From positions 443,377 to 507,376 of the forward strand of contig NZ_CAMFKM010000002.1 in NCBI RefSeq assembly GCF_945957355.1: DNA of 64,000 nt. The letters are read 5' to 3'. The position numbers were made by a program, and so were the translations under genes. The notes under the pieces were generated by a model. It ran no database searches and was not told where the DNA came from. It saw only the letters and a list, made by a program, of their open reading frames with translations. Every line of letters starts with the position of its first letter. Within the stretch, counting starts at the first letter, position 1. Shown here piece by piece: positions 10,966-20,295 of the stretch. This DNA is from an uncultured Reyranella sp. (GTDB taxonomy: Bacteria; Pseudomonadota; Alphaproteobacteria; Reyranellales; Reyranellaceae).

Positions 10966-11130
10966 TATTAGCTCCTCCAATACGCCGCCAATCGCGGCCT
11001 TTACGAACTGCCGGACCCTAGGCCGGGGTGGGCTTTTTGTCCATGGAAGGCCCGTCATTCGCCAAGCGGCGGGCCCCGGTCCTTGATCTTTGGCCGGACA
11101 ATCCCCATGGATATAGGAGATCATTACGCC

Positions 11131-11727
11131 ATGCCCGGGCCCAGCTCTCCTTCCGACACGTTGGTCGGCCGCTTCCTGGTCGCCGCGCCGTCCATGCCGG
11201 ACGAGCGCTTCCAGAAGAGCGTCGTCTTCATCTGCAAGCACGATGACGACGGTGCGCTTGGAATCATCGTGAACAACAAGGTCGACGACCTGCCGCTCGG
11301 CCAGGTCTACAAGCAGCTCGGCATCGAGGTGCCCAAGACGGCCGCCGACCTGCCGGTGTTGTTCGGCGGCCCGGTCGAGACCTCGCGCGGGCTCGTGCTG
11401 CATTCGGCCGACTACAAGCGCGACGAGACCCTGTTGATCGACGGCGGCATGGCGCTCACGGCTTCGCTCGAGATCCTGAGGGATATGGCCGTGGGCACGG
11501 GACCCAAGAATGCCTGGTTGGCCCTGGGCCATTCCGGATGGGCGCCGGGCCAGCTCGACCGCGAGATGCAGGACAATGCCTGGCTGGTTGTCGACGGCGA
11601 TGCCGAGCTGGTGTTCGACGCCGATTTCGCCGCCAAGTGGCAGCGCGCCCTCGACCGGCTGGGCCGCGGCCTGCCGGGCGGCAAGTTCGACCTCGCCTCC
11701 TTCTCTTCCCAGGCCGGTCGCGCCTGA
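11131..11727 (+). CDS. YqgE/AlgH family protein (UPF0301)
   Basis: The motifs LVAAPSMPDERFQKSVVFICKHDDDGALGIIVN and GPVE..RG.VLH are typical of the family. ATG 11131 was chosen because GGAGA lies 10 nt upstream. In-frame ATGs also occur at 11083 and 11107. Confidence 0.8.
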   Translation: MPGPSSPSDTLVGRFLVAAPSMPDERFQKSVVFICKHDDDGALGIIVNNKVDDLPLGQVYKQLGIEVPKTAADLPVLFGGPVETSRGLVLHSADYKRDETLLIDGGMALTASLEILRDMAVGTGPKNAWLALGHSGWAPGQLDREMQDNAWLVVDGDAELVFDADFAAKWQRALDRLGRGLPGGKFDLASFSSQAGRA

Positions 11728-11956
11728 CGTCTTCGTCGTCCTCTACATGCATTACGGTGCATGAGGTGTGCGTTCTCGCGTCTGGATTGTGCTTACCTTC
11801 CCCAGGCGAACGGGCTTATAGCGGCAGGTACGTCGACCGCCTGCCTCCCTTCGCGGACGACGGTGCGTACCGGGACGTCCGCGTTCCTTCCCCAACCCCA
11901 AACAGGGAATGCGGGCGTCCCGTCTTCGCGTCGTCGGCTTCTTGCTCGGCGTCGCG

Positions 11957-14900
11957 TTACTCCGCAGCGATCGACTGGGTGGCAGGGCTGCTGTAGGTAG
12001 CGAGCAGCGAGGCTTCGCGCTCCTTCGCGATCTTCACGTTCTTCTCCTTCACGTGACCGAAGCCGCGCATCGTTTCCGGCACGGACGCGATCTGGACCGC
12101 GAGGGCGTGATTGTCCTGGCCGAGTGTGGCCAGCAGCGTCTCGACCGTGGTTTCGTACTCGCCGATCAGGCGGCGCTCCACGCGCCGCTCTTCGCTGTAG
12201 CCGAAGATGTCGAACCGGCCGCCGCGCAGCCGCTTCAGCGAGGCGAGGAAACGGAAGGCCGGCATCATCCAGCCGCCGAACTCGCTCTTCTTCAGTTCGC
12301 CAGTCACCGGATCGCGATCGGCGAACAGGGGCGGGGCGAGGTGGAAGGTGACCTTGTAATTGCCCTCGAACTGCTGGCGCAGCTTCCTGTGGAATTCGCC
12401 GTCGCTGTAGAGACGGGCGACTTCGTACTCGTCCTTGTAAGCCATCAGCTTGTAGAGCGACTTGGCCACCGCCTCGGCGAGGCCGCGGCGCCCGGGCGCC
12501 TTTTCCTTCTCGACCCTGGCCACCTTGTCGACCAGCGCGCGGTAGCGCTCGGCATAGGCCCTGTCCTGGTAGGTGGTCAGCAACTCGACACGCTTCGACA
12601 CGATCTCGGCCAGCGTGCGCGCCACCGGCTTCTCGATGCGCAGCGCAGGCTTGGCGGCCGCCTGCACGGCGGCGAGATTGTGCGCGGCGAGGCGGCCCCA
12701 GTTGAAGGTGCGCTTGCTGCTCTCGACCGCGACGCCGTTCAGCTCGATGGCGCGCATGAGCGCCTCGAACGACAGCGGCACCAGGCCCTTCTGCCAGGCA
12801 TGGCCCAGCATGAAGAGGTTGGTGGCGATCGAATCGCCCAGGATCGCGGTGGCGAGGCCGGTGCCGTCGACGAACGAGGTCGCCTCGTCGCCCGCGGCAT
12901 CGCGGATCGCCTTCATCATCGACTCGGCGCCGAGATCCATGTCGCCGTTCATCACGAAGGCCGCGACCGGCTGGACGTAGCCATTGATCACGGCCTTGGT
13001 CACGCCCTGCTCGATGCGCGACAGCGCGGCCGGAGAGGCGGCTACGACCATGTCGCAGCCCAGCACCAGGTTGGCGCCGCCGGCGGCGATGCGCACGGCG
13101 TGGAGGTCTTCCGGCCTGGGCGCGAGGCGCACATGGCTCATCACCGCGCCGTTCTTCTGCGCAAGGCCTGTGAAGTCGAGCACCGTGCAGCCCTTGCCTT
13201 CGAGGTGGGCGGCCATGCCGATCAGCGCGCCGACGGTGATCACGCCGGTGCCGCCGATGCCGGTCACCAGGATGCCGTAGGCCTCGCTCAGCGGCCGCAG
13301 GGTCGGCATCGGCAGCGACGCGAACGGGTCTTCCTTCACCATCTCGAGCTTGCGCGGGCGAGCCTTGGCGGGAACGCCGCCATGCACCGACACGAAGCTC
13401 GGGCAGAAGCCGTTCACGCAGGAGAAGTCCTTGTTGCAATTGCTCTGGTCGATCTGGCGCTTGCGGCCGAGCTCGGTCTCGAGCGGCTTCACCGACACGC
13501 AGTTGCTCTTCTCCGAGCAATCGCCGCAGCCTTCGCAGACAGCGTCGTTGATGAACACGCGGCGGTCCGGGTCGGGGAAGGTGCCGCGCTTGCGGCGGCG
13601 GCGCTTCTCGGCGGCGCAGGTCTGGTCGTAGACGAGCACGGTGAGGCCGGGGACCTCGCGCAGCTCGCGCTGCACGGCGTCGAGCTCGTCGCGATGGCGG
13701 ATGGTGACGCCGTGCGCGAAGCCGGCGTTCATCGGATACTTGTCCGGCTCGTCGGTGACGACGACGACCTTCTTGGCGCCCTCGGCCTCGACCTGCCGCG
13801 TGATCTCCGGAACGGTGAGCGGCCCGTCGTGCGGCTGGCCGCCGGTCATCGCGACCGCGTCGTTGAACAGGATCTTGTAGGTGATGTTGACGCCAGCGGC
13901 GGCCGACTGGCGGATCGCCATCAGGCCGGAATGGTAATAGGTGCCGTCACCCAGGTTCTGGAAGATGTGATTGTCGGAGTGGAACGGCGCCTGGCCGATC
14001 CAGCCCACGCCTTCGCCGCCCATGTGGGAGATCAGCGAGGTGCGGCGCTCGGGCATCCAGATCGCCATGCCGTGGCAGCCGATGCCGGCCATGGCGCGGC
14101 TGCCCTCGGGCACCTTGGTCGAGGTGTTGTGCGGGCAGCCCGAGCAGAAGAACGGCGTGCGCGCCACCTTGGGCGGCGGCGCCGACAAGAGCTTCTCCTT
14201 GGCTTCGAGGCGCGCGAGACGCTGGCGCAGCTCGGGCGATTCGCCCTCGTGCTTCATCAGGCGGCCGGCGATCACCATGGCGACGCCGGTCGGGGTCAGC
14301 TCGCCTTCGCTCGGCAGGATGATGCGGCCGCTCTCGTCGGCCTTGCCGATCACCACCGGCCGGCGGTCGGCCGGCAGGTGATAGAGGATGCGCAGGAGCT
14401 GGTCCTCGAGGTTCGAGCGCTTCTCCTCGACGACGATCACTTCCTGCAGGCCCTCGGCGAAGCGGCGCGCACCTTCCGCTTCGAGCGGCCAGGTCACGCC
14501 GACCTTGTAGAGGCGGATGCCAAGCGCCCGGGCGCGGGCATCGTCGATGCCGAGATCCTCCAGCGCCTGGCGCGTGTCGAGATAGGCCTTGCCCGTCGTC
14601 ATGATTCCGATGCGGGCCTTGGTGCCGGTCTCGGTCGGCTCGATCACGGTGCGGTCGAAGCCATTGGCGCGCACGAAGGCGGCGACCGCCGCCATCTTCG
14701 GTCCGTGCAGGCGCTTTTCGGCCTCCAGCGGCGGATCGGGATTGCGGATGCCGAGCCCGCCCGGCGGCAGCTGGAAGTCGGTCGGCATCGCGATCTGGAT
14801 GCGCTCGGGATCGATCCAGACCGAGGCGCCGCTCTCGACCGTCTCGGAGATCGCCTTGAAGCCGACCCAGCAGCCCGAGTAGCGCGACAGGGCGAAGCCC

Positions 14901-15478
14901 AGGATGCCGTAGTCGAGATACTCCTGGACGGTTGCCGGATTGACGACCGGGATCATCGCCGCGGCAAAGACCTGCTCGCTCTGGTGCGGCAGCGTCGAGG
15001 ACTGGCAGCCATGATCGTCGCCGGCCAGCGCGATCACGCCGCCATGCGGTGAGGTGCCGGCCGCATTGCCGTGCTTCAGCACGTCCATCGAGCGGTCGAC
15101 GCCGGGGCCCTTGCCGTACCAAATCGAGAAGACGCCATCGACCTTGGCGCCCGGGAACAGGTTGGTCTGCTGGGTGCCCCACACCGCCGTCGCCGCGAGA
15201 TCCTCGTTGAGGCCGGGCTGGAAGTGGATGTTGTTCTCTTTCAGGTACCGCTTCGCGCCCCACAGCGCGTTGTCGTACATGCCGAGCGGCGAGCCGCGAT
15301 AGCCGGAGATGAATCCGCCGGTGTTCAGACCGGCCGCGAGGTCGCGCTGGCGCTGCATCATGGGAAGTCGGACCAGCGCCTGGATGCCGGTCATGTAGAC
15401 GCGGCCCTTGCCGAGCCGGTAGCGGTCCTCGAGGGCGTAGTCGCCGAAGACGAGAGGAACGGGGGTGATGGTGCTCAT
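11957..15478 (-). CDS. Indolepyruvate/2-oxoacid:ferredoxin oxidoreductase family protein (fused alpha/beta, ~1170 aa)
   Basis: A TPP-binding GDGTYYHSG motif, ferredoxin-type cysteine clusters (CEGCGDCSEKSNC and CNKDFSCVNGFCPSF) and a C-terminal IorB-like domain (GIGGTGV). Start MSTITPV at 15478 follows GGAGGG. Confidence 0.85.
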   Translation of the reverse strand: MSTITPVPLVFGDYALEDRYRLGKGRVYMTGIQALVRLPMMQRQRDLAAGLNTGGFISGYRGSPLGMYDNALWGAKRYLKENNIHFQPGLNEDLAATAVWGTQQTNLFPGAKVDGVFSIWYGKGPGVDRSMDVLKHGNAAGTSPHGGVIALAGDDHGCQSSTLPHQSEQVFAAAMIPVVNPATVQEYLDYGILGFALSRYSGCWVGFKAISETVESGASVWIDPERIQIAMPTDFQLPPGGLGIRNPDPPLEAEKRLHGPKMAAVAAFVRANGFDRTVIEPTETGTKARIGIMTTGKAYLDTRQALEDLGIDDARARALGIRLYKVGVTWPLEAEGARRFAEGLQEVIVVEEKRSNLEDQLLRILYHLPADRRPVVIGKADESGRIILPSEGELTPTGVAMVIAGRLMKHEGESPELRQRLARLEAKEKLLSAPPPKVARTPFFCSGCPHNTSTKVPEGSRAMAGIGCHGMAIWMPERRTSLISHMGGEGVGWIGQAPFHSDNHIFQNLGDGTYYHSGLMAIRQSAAAGVNITYKILFNDAVAMTGGQPHDGPLTVPEITRQVEAEGAKKVVVVTDEPDKYPMNAGFAHGVTIRHRDELDAVQRELREVPGLTVLVYDQTCAAEKRRRRKRGTFPDPDRRVFINDAVCEGCGDCSEKSNCVSVKPLETELGRKRQIDQSNCNKDFSCVNGFCPSFVSVHGGVPAKARPRKLEMVKEDPFASLPMPTLRPLSEAYGILVTGIGGTGVITVGALIGMAAHLEGKGCTVLDFTGLAQKNGAVMSHVRLAPRPEDLHAVRIAAGGANLVLGCDMVVAASPAALSRIEQGVTKAVINGYVQPVAAFVMNGDMDLGAESMMKAIRDAAGDEATSFVDGTGLATAILGDSIATNLFMLGHAWQKGLVPLSFEALMRAIELNGVAVESSKRTFNWGRLAAHNLAAVQAAAKPALRIEKPVARTLAEIVSKRVELLTTYQDRAYAERYRALVDKVARVEKEKAPGRRGLAEAVAKSLYKLMAYKDEYEVARLYSDGEFHRKLRQQFEGNYKVTFHLAPPLFADRDPVTGELKKSEFGGWMMPAFRFLASLKRLRGGRFDIFGYSEERRVERRLIGEYETTVETLLATLGQDNHALAVQIASVPETMRGFGHVKEKNVKIAKEREASLLATYSSPATQSIAAE

Positions 15479-15607
15479 CGCGGGAGCCCTCCGATGCGGC
15501 GGCGTGAACGGGCGTTTATTCGCCGCAGCATAGCGGGCCAAGTGGCCGGCGCAAAAGCCCATCGCGGCGAGGCGGCGGCTTGAATTTCGCCGGGTCGCGG
15601 ATCTTCG

Positions 15608-16084
15608 CTAGTTCGTCGTCGGACGCTTGCCCGCCTTGTAGTCGGCGATGGCGGCCTTGAGCTGGCGGTACTCGGCGCAGCCGAAGGTGCAGAGCGAGTC
15701 GAGGCGGGCGAGCTGCTGTTCGGCCTCCGGCAGGCGGCCCAGCATCAGGTAGGCCTCGCCGAGATATTCGTAGGCGCCGATGTGGCGGGAATCGATGGAA
15801 AGCGCCTGCTGGTAGTATTGCAGCGAGCCGTTGGGATCGCCCGACTTGCGTGTGGCGAACCCCATCAGATTGTAGGCGTCGGCATTCTTGGGATCCTTCG
15901 CCACGACCTGCTGCAGGAGCGGCAGGGCGCCCTTGTAGTCCCGTGCCTCGATCATTGCCTTGGCACGCGCGTAGTTGGCGTCGACCGGCTTGGCCGGCTC
16001 CGCGGTTCCGCCCGCCGCCCGCGCGGGCAGGGACGGGCCAACGGTCATCACGGCCAGTGCGGCAGCAAGGAAAAGGGAACGCAT
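15608..16084 (-). CDS. Exported tetratricopeptide-repeat protein
   Basis: 158 aa with a signal peptide (AAALAVMTVGPSLPARA) and three or four TPR-like A/Y/L repeats (YNLMGFA, YYQQALSID, YEYLGEAY). Confidence 0.75.
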   Translation of the reverse strand: MRSLFLAAALAVMTVGPSLPARAAGGTAEPAKPVDANYARAKAMIEARDYKGALPLLQQVVAKDPKNADAYNLMGFATRKSGDPNGSLQYYQQALSIDSRHIGAYEYLGEAYLMLGRLPEAEQQLARLDSLCTFGCAEYRQLKAAIADYKAGKRPTTN

Positions 16085-16145
16085 TGTGTTTCCTCCTGAA
16101 GATCACGGGATTGTCGTCTCACTCGCCCGTGGGACAACGAAATTC

Positions 16146-17813
16146 TCATGACATTGCCGTGAGTTCGCCGGCCTTTGCGACGGCCCGCACGGCGAGCCTT
16201 CCCTGGCGGCCACGGATCTCGACCTCGTGGCGTGGTGCCTCGCCGAGATCGATGCCGGCGCGATCGAGCAGCTCCTGCGACACGACGAGTTCGACGCCAA
16301 ACTCCTTGGTGAGCGATTCAAGCCGGCTCGCGGTGTTGACCGTGTCGCCGATCGCGGTGATCTGGGCGGCCCGCGCATAGCCCATCTCGCCTACGATTGC
16401 GGGCCCGGCATGAATGCCGATGCCGATGCGCAGCGGCAGGTCGAGATCGCCGGACATCGCTTCGTTGAGGTCGGCGAGGGCCAGTGCCATGCGGCGCGCT
16501 GCATCGAGTGCCTGGCGACAGGCGATCTCGGGGTCCTTGTTGAGGCCGAAGATCGCCATCACCCCATCGCCGATGAACTTGTCGAGACGCCCCCCGGCCG
16601 CCTCGACGGCTTGCCCCGTGGCGCGGAAGTAGCGATTGAGCAGGAACACGACGTCATAGGGAAGCTTGCCCTCGGAGATCGTCGTAAAGCCGCGGATGTC
16701 GGCGAACAGCACGGCGATGTAGCGCTCGCCGCCATGCGCCTGCGGCTGGCGGCGATAGGCTTCGACCGGGCCGGCGGCGGCCGGCAGCAGCAGCGCCACC
16801 CGGTAGCGCCCGGGCGGGGGCCGCAGCTGGCAGGCGAGGCGCACGTTTGCCGGGGCGCCGATGCGCGCCAGCACCTTCGCCTCCTCGGGCGAGGCGGGCG
16901 GCAGCCGGTGTCGGTCGTCGCCGGCGATGCGCACGCGGCAGGTCGAGCAACGGCCGCGACCGCCGCAGACAGAGGCGTGGGGAATGCCGGCGACGCGGCT
17001 CATCTCGAGGATCGAGAGGCCGGCGGGCTGGGTCACGCTGCGGCGGTCGCCATAGTCGAGCCGAACCACGCCGGCGCGCCGTTCCCAGAGATCGCGCAAG
17101 GGCCGGGCGGCGATCGCCACCGCGAGCAGGGCCAGCGCCGTGTACTCAAGGCCGGCGGCGATCGAATAGAGATGGTTGATCTGCTCGGGGGCTGGAATGT
17201 GCGCGCGCTCGAACAGGCCTTCGAGGAAGCCGGGGCGTTGCGCCAGCTCGGTGACGTCGCGCAGCGCGACCCCGGCTCCGGCGAGGCTCGCAGCAGGGAT
17301 CAGGAGTGCGAGGCCGTAGAAGAGCGGCAGCCAGTCGCGATACCAGGGCTTGAGGCGCAGCGCGAAGTGCAGGCCGATGCAGCCATGCATCCAGACGACG
17401 AGCGGCAGGGAGAACTGTCTCAGGACGCCGGTCCAGCTGCCGGCGACGAGCGTGCCGAGCACCCAGGGGTATCCAGACTGGACGTCGTAGAGATCCGCCG
17501 CGAGGCGCGTGCCGGCGACATGGATCGCCCCCAGCGGAATGATGGCGGCGCCCAGGATCCACTGCGTCCATTCCCAGCGCGACAGTTTCAGCGCGCGCCG
17601 CCGGTACAGCGACCACAAGGCGAGCAGGAAGTGAGCCAGCAGCGATCCGTAGAGCAGGATCTGTCCCGCGGGATTGCTCCAGGCGAGCGTGAACCAGTGG
17701 CGTCCTTCCTCGAGGACGCGCAACGAGACGAGGCCGAGCGCGTGATTGAGGAGATGGGTGACGACGTAGAAGAAGAGGACGTAGCCCGACCAGAGGCGCA
17801 GCCGTCCGGTCAT
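16146..17813 (-). CDS. Membrane domain + [2Fe-2S] ferredoxin domain + class III adenylate/guanylate cyclase fusion
   Basis: 555 aa. Residues ~1-230 are hydrophobic helices with recurrent His. The centre holds CGGRGRCSTCRV...LACQ, a plant-type 2Fe-2S pattern. The C-terminus carries FADIRGFT, FIGDGVMAIFG and GDTVNTASRLE, which are class III cyclase metal, transition-state and substrate motifs. Confidence 0.85.
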   Translation of the reverse strand: MTGRLRLWSGYVLFFYVVTHLLNHALGLVSLRVLEEGRHWFTLAWSNPAGQILLYGSLLAHFLLALWSLYRRRALKLSRWEWTQWILGAAIIPLGAIHVAGTRLAADLYDVQSGYPWVLGTLVAGSWTGVLRQFSLPLVVWMHGCIGLHFALRLKPWYRDWLPLFYGLALLIPAASLAGAGVALRDVTELAQRPGFLEGLFERAHIPAPEQINHLYSIAAGLEYTALALLAVAIAARPLRDLWERRAGVVRLDYGDRRSVTQPAGLSILEMSRVAGIPHASVCGGRGRCSTCRVRIAGDDRHRLPPASPEEAKVLARIGAPANVRLACQLRPPPGRYRVALLLPAAAGPVEAYRRQPQAHGGERYIAVLFADIRGFTTISEGKLPYDVVFLLNRYFRATGQAVEAAGGRLDKFIGDGVMAIFGLNKDPEIACRQALDAARRMALALADLNEAMSGDLDLPLRIGIGIHAGPAIVGEMGYARAAQITAIGDTVNTASRLESLTKEFGVELVVSQELLDRAGIDLGEAPRHEVEIRGRQGRLAVRAVAKAGELTAMS

Positions 17814-17817
17814 GACG

Positions 17818-18168
17818 TCATTTCAGGAGAGGGAGGACGGCCTCGGGCGGGCGGCCGATCGCGGCATGCGCACCCTTCACGACGATGGGGCGTTGCAGCA
17901 GCACGGGATGCCCGGTGATCGCATCGACGATCTGGGCCCTGGTGAGGTCCGCCTTCCTGAGCTTGAGCGTCTTGAACTCGGCCTCGCCGTCGCGGATCAG
18001 CTCGCGCGGATCGCCGCCGACCAGCGTCACGAGCTTCTCCACCTCCGACTTGCTCGGCGGCTCCCTGAGATACTCGCGGATCGTGGGCTCGACGCCCTTG
18101 CTCCTCAACAGGTCGAGAGTCTGCCGCGACTTGCTGCAGCGCGGATTGTGCCAGATCGTGACGGTCAT
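17818..18168 (-). CDS. arsC: Arsenate reductase family protein (glutaredoxin-type ArsC fold)
   Basis: 116 aa. HNPRCSKSRQTL, EPTIREYL..PPS and HPVLLQRPIVV match the R773/E. coli ArsC pattern. Confidence 0.8.
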   Translation of the reverse strand: MTVTIWHNPRCSKSRQTLDLLRSKGVEPTIREYLREPPSKSEVEKLVTLVGGDPRELIRDGEAEFKTLKLRKADLTRAQIVDAITGHPVLLQRPIVVKGAHAAIGRPPEAVLPLLK

Positions 18169-18201
18169 GAATTCCTCGTGGGCCGAACCATGGCGAGCGG
18201 T

Positions 18202-18753
18202 TCAGGTTTCGTCCAGAGCATCGGGGTCTGTCGACTCGATGACCTTGCGGGCGAGTTCGTAGGCGAAGCCCGCGCGTGCCATCGAGGCGAGGTCGCGTGC
18301 TTTCTTCTCCTCGCGATCCTTCGTGCGGAAGGGACCGAGCCGGCGCCGGCGGGCGAAGGCCACGGCCGCCTGGACTTCGCGCTTGGCGGGATCGGTGCCG
18401 AGCTCGTCGTCGAGCGCGGCCATGGCCTTGTCGACATCCTCGCGCCCTACGCCTGCCACCTGCAGGCGTTGACGCGTCAGCTGGCCGGAGACCCCGCGGC
18501 GGTGCAGGGCGCGCGCCTTGGTCTGCGCAAAGGCCTTGTCGTCGAGCAGGCCGGCCGTCACGAATTTTTGAACGACCGCCTCGATGGCCTCGTCGACATT
18601 GTCCATCACGGGCGCTTCGAGCATCCGGGCCTTGGACACCCGCCGCCGCAGCACGCGTCTCAGCCCCTCGGCGGAACTGGCGTACCGCTCGAGATAGAAC
18701 ACGGCGGCATTCTGGAGATATTTCGCCGTGATCGGGGAGGCGGTGCGCTTCAC
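18202..18753 (-). CDS. recX: Regulatory protein RecX
   Basis: 183 aa built from three helical repeats. The N-terminal A..YLERYASS and L.DD.FA motifs are typical of RecX. Confidence 0.75.
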   Translation of the reverse strand: MKRTASPITAKYLQNAAVFYLERYASSAEGLRRVLRRRVSKARMLEAPVMDNVDEAIEAVVQKFVTAGLLDDKAFAQTKARALHRRGVSGQLTRQRLQVAGVGREDVDKAMAALDDELGTDPAKREVQAAVAFARRRRLGPFRTKDREEKKARDLASMARAGFAYELARKVIESTDPDALDET

Positions 18754-18757
18754 GGCA

Positions 18758-19423
18758 TCAGCCTCGCAGCGGAATCCCCACCATCGCTTGCAGCTCGTCG
18801 ATCGCCACGTCGGGGTCGCCGACCTTGATGGTGCGCATCCCCAGGGCCCGCGCCGGCTTCAGGTTGATGCCGAGATCGTCGAGGTAGATGCAGCGGTCGG
18901 GCGGCACGCTCAACAGCTCGCAGGCGTGCTGGTAGATGCGCGGATCCGGCTTGCGCAGACCGACTTTGCTCGATTCCACGACATGCTCGAAAAGAGACAT
19001 GATTTCGGCCACCGCCTTGGCCTTCTCCGGGCTGCGCGCCATGCCCGGTCCCTCACCGGCCTTCATGTTGTTGGTGATGCAGGCCACCCTGAACGCCGAC
19101 TTGCAGCGGCGCAGGGCTTCCACCATCTGCGGCCGAATGTCGCCGCTTAGAGCCTGCAGAATCTTCCAGCCCTCGACCCGGTAGCCGCTGGCGCGGGCCT
19201 CCTCCTCGAACAGGTCCACGAACCCCTGAAGCGAGACCTCGCTTCGTTCCATTTTTGCCCAAGCATTGGTATCCGGATTGCGCGAATTGAGCCCGCGCAG
19301 GAAATCTTTGGGAAGCCCGGCCTCGGCTTCGTAGCGATTGAAGGCGTCGAAGGGGCTGGAGAGGATCACGCCGCCGAAGTCCCACAGGACCGCGAGCGGG
19401 GTTTTTGCATGGCTCGTATTCAT
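18758..19423 (-). CDS. HAD-superfamily hydrolase (subfamily IA-like phosphatase)
   Basis: 221 aa with motif I DFGGV, motif II ITNN, and K..D plus YLDDLGIN as motifs III/IV. Confidence 0.8.
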   Translation of the reverse strand: MNTSHAKTPLAVLWDFGGVILSSPFDAFNRYEAEAGLPKDFLRGLNSRNPDTNAWAKMERSEVSLQGFVDLFEEEARASGYRVEGWKILQALSGDIRPQMVEALRRCKSAFRVACITNNMKAGEGPGMARSPEKAKAVAEIMSLFEHVVESSKVGLRKPDPRIYQHACELLSVPPDRCIYLDDLGINLKPARALGMRTIKVGDPDVAIDELQAMVGIPLRG

Positions 19424-19487
19424 GGTGGTGCGACGGTCTTTACCTTGTTGCTGCCTCAGTCGGCCCTTATCTCACGCCCTCCATAGG

Positions 19488-19497
19488 CGACCGGTCG
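19488..19497. promoter_or_regulatory. Perfect 10-bp palindrome CGACCGGTCG in the HAD/TetR divergent spacer (candidate operator)
   Basis: Read directly. It lies 39 nt upstream of the tetR-family start. Confidence 0.25.
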
Positions 19498-19535
19498 TAC
19501 GTTGACCATCCCAGCCTGAACTCCGGATTAGGAAT

Positions 19536-20216
19536 ATGCACATGAGCGAAGCAGCGGTAATGCCGCGCGGCAACGCAGTGGCGGTAGTGGCAGCAGGAAC
19601 GGACTCGACGGGGACGGCTCGTCCCGATGGCCGCAATCGTCGCGCCGCCGAGACCCGTCGCAAGATCATCGAAGCCGCCAAGGTCATGATCGCCGAGACC
19701 AGCACGGCGCCGACCGTGGTGGCCGTCGCCCGCCGGGCCGACGTTTCCGTTCGCTCGGTTTTCCAGCATTTCGGCGATGTTGAGTCACTTTTTGTAACTG
19801 TCCTGGATGCCATCGGACAGGACATCGTGGTGCCGCAGCAGGCTTCGGATTCCCGTCCGTTGGGGCAGCGGGTCGCGTCGGTGGTCCAAGGTCTGGCCGA
19901 AGTGTTCGACAAGATCGTCCCGCTGCGGGTCGCCGCCGGCCAGTTCGTCGACCATCCGGCCCTGATCGAGCGCGGCAATGCGTTCAAGCTGGAGTTGCGG
20001 AAGTCCACTTTCGAGGCTTTCGCCCCGGAATTCGCGACCCTTGATGAGCAGGCCCGGGAGGAACTGGCGGACGCGATCGGCGCCGCCCTGTCCCTTGACG
20101 CTTGGATCGTACTGCGTCGCCGGGACGGGCTCAGCTTCGAACGGGCGGCCGCGGTCTGGCGCATGACGCTTGAGGCGCTGCTGACCCATCGTTTCGCCTC
20201 CGTTGCGGCGGAATAA
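19536..20216 (+). CDS. TetR/AcrR-family transcriptional regulator
   Basis: 226 aa. The N-terminal HTH is RRKIIEAAKVMIAE....TVVAVARRADVSVRSVFQHFG, followed by an all-helical C-terminal domain. Confidence 0.85.
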   Translation: MHMSEAAVMPRGNAVAVVAAGTDSTGTARPDGRNRRAAETRRKIIEAAKVMIAETSTAPTVVAVARRADVSVRSVFQHFGDVESLFVTVLDAIGQDIVVPQQASDSRPLGQRVASVVQGLAEVFDKIVPLRVAAGQFVDHPALIERGNAFKLELRKSTFEAFAPEFATLDEQAREELADAIGAALSLDAWIVLRRRDGLSFERAAAVWRMTLEALLTHRFASVAAE

Positions 20217-20295
20217 CAAACTGGCGGTCGCCGATTGACTTGGCGTTTGGGATCAGAGAGTTAAGAGCCCCAATCAACTGAAGAACGCTCGGTAA

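Noticed and set aside
11909-15052. 1047-aa plus-strand ORF
   Set aside because: It is antisense to the IOR-family gene, which has TPP and Fe-S motifs. It shows the same low-complexity composition as the other antisense ORFs.
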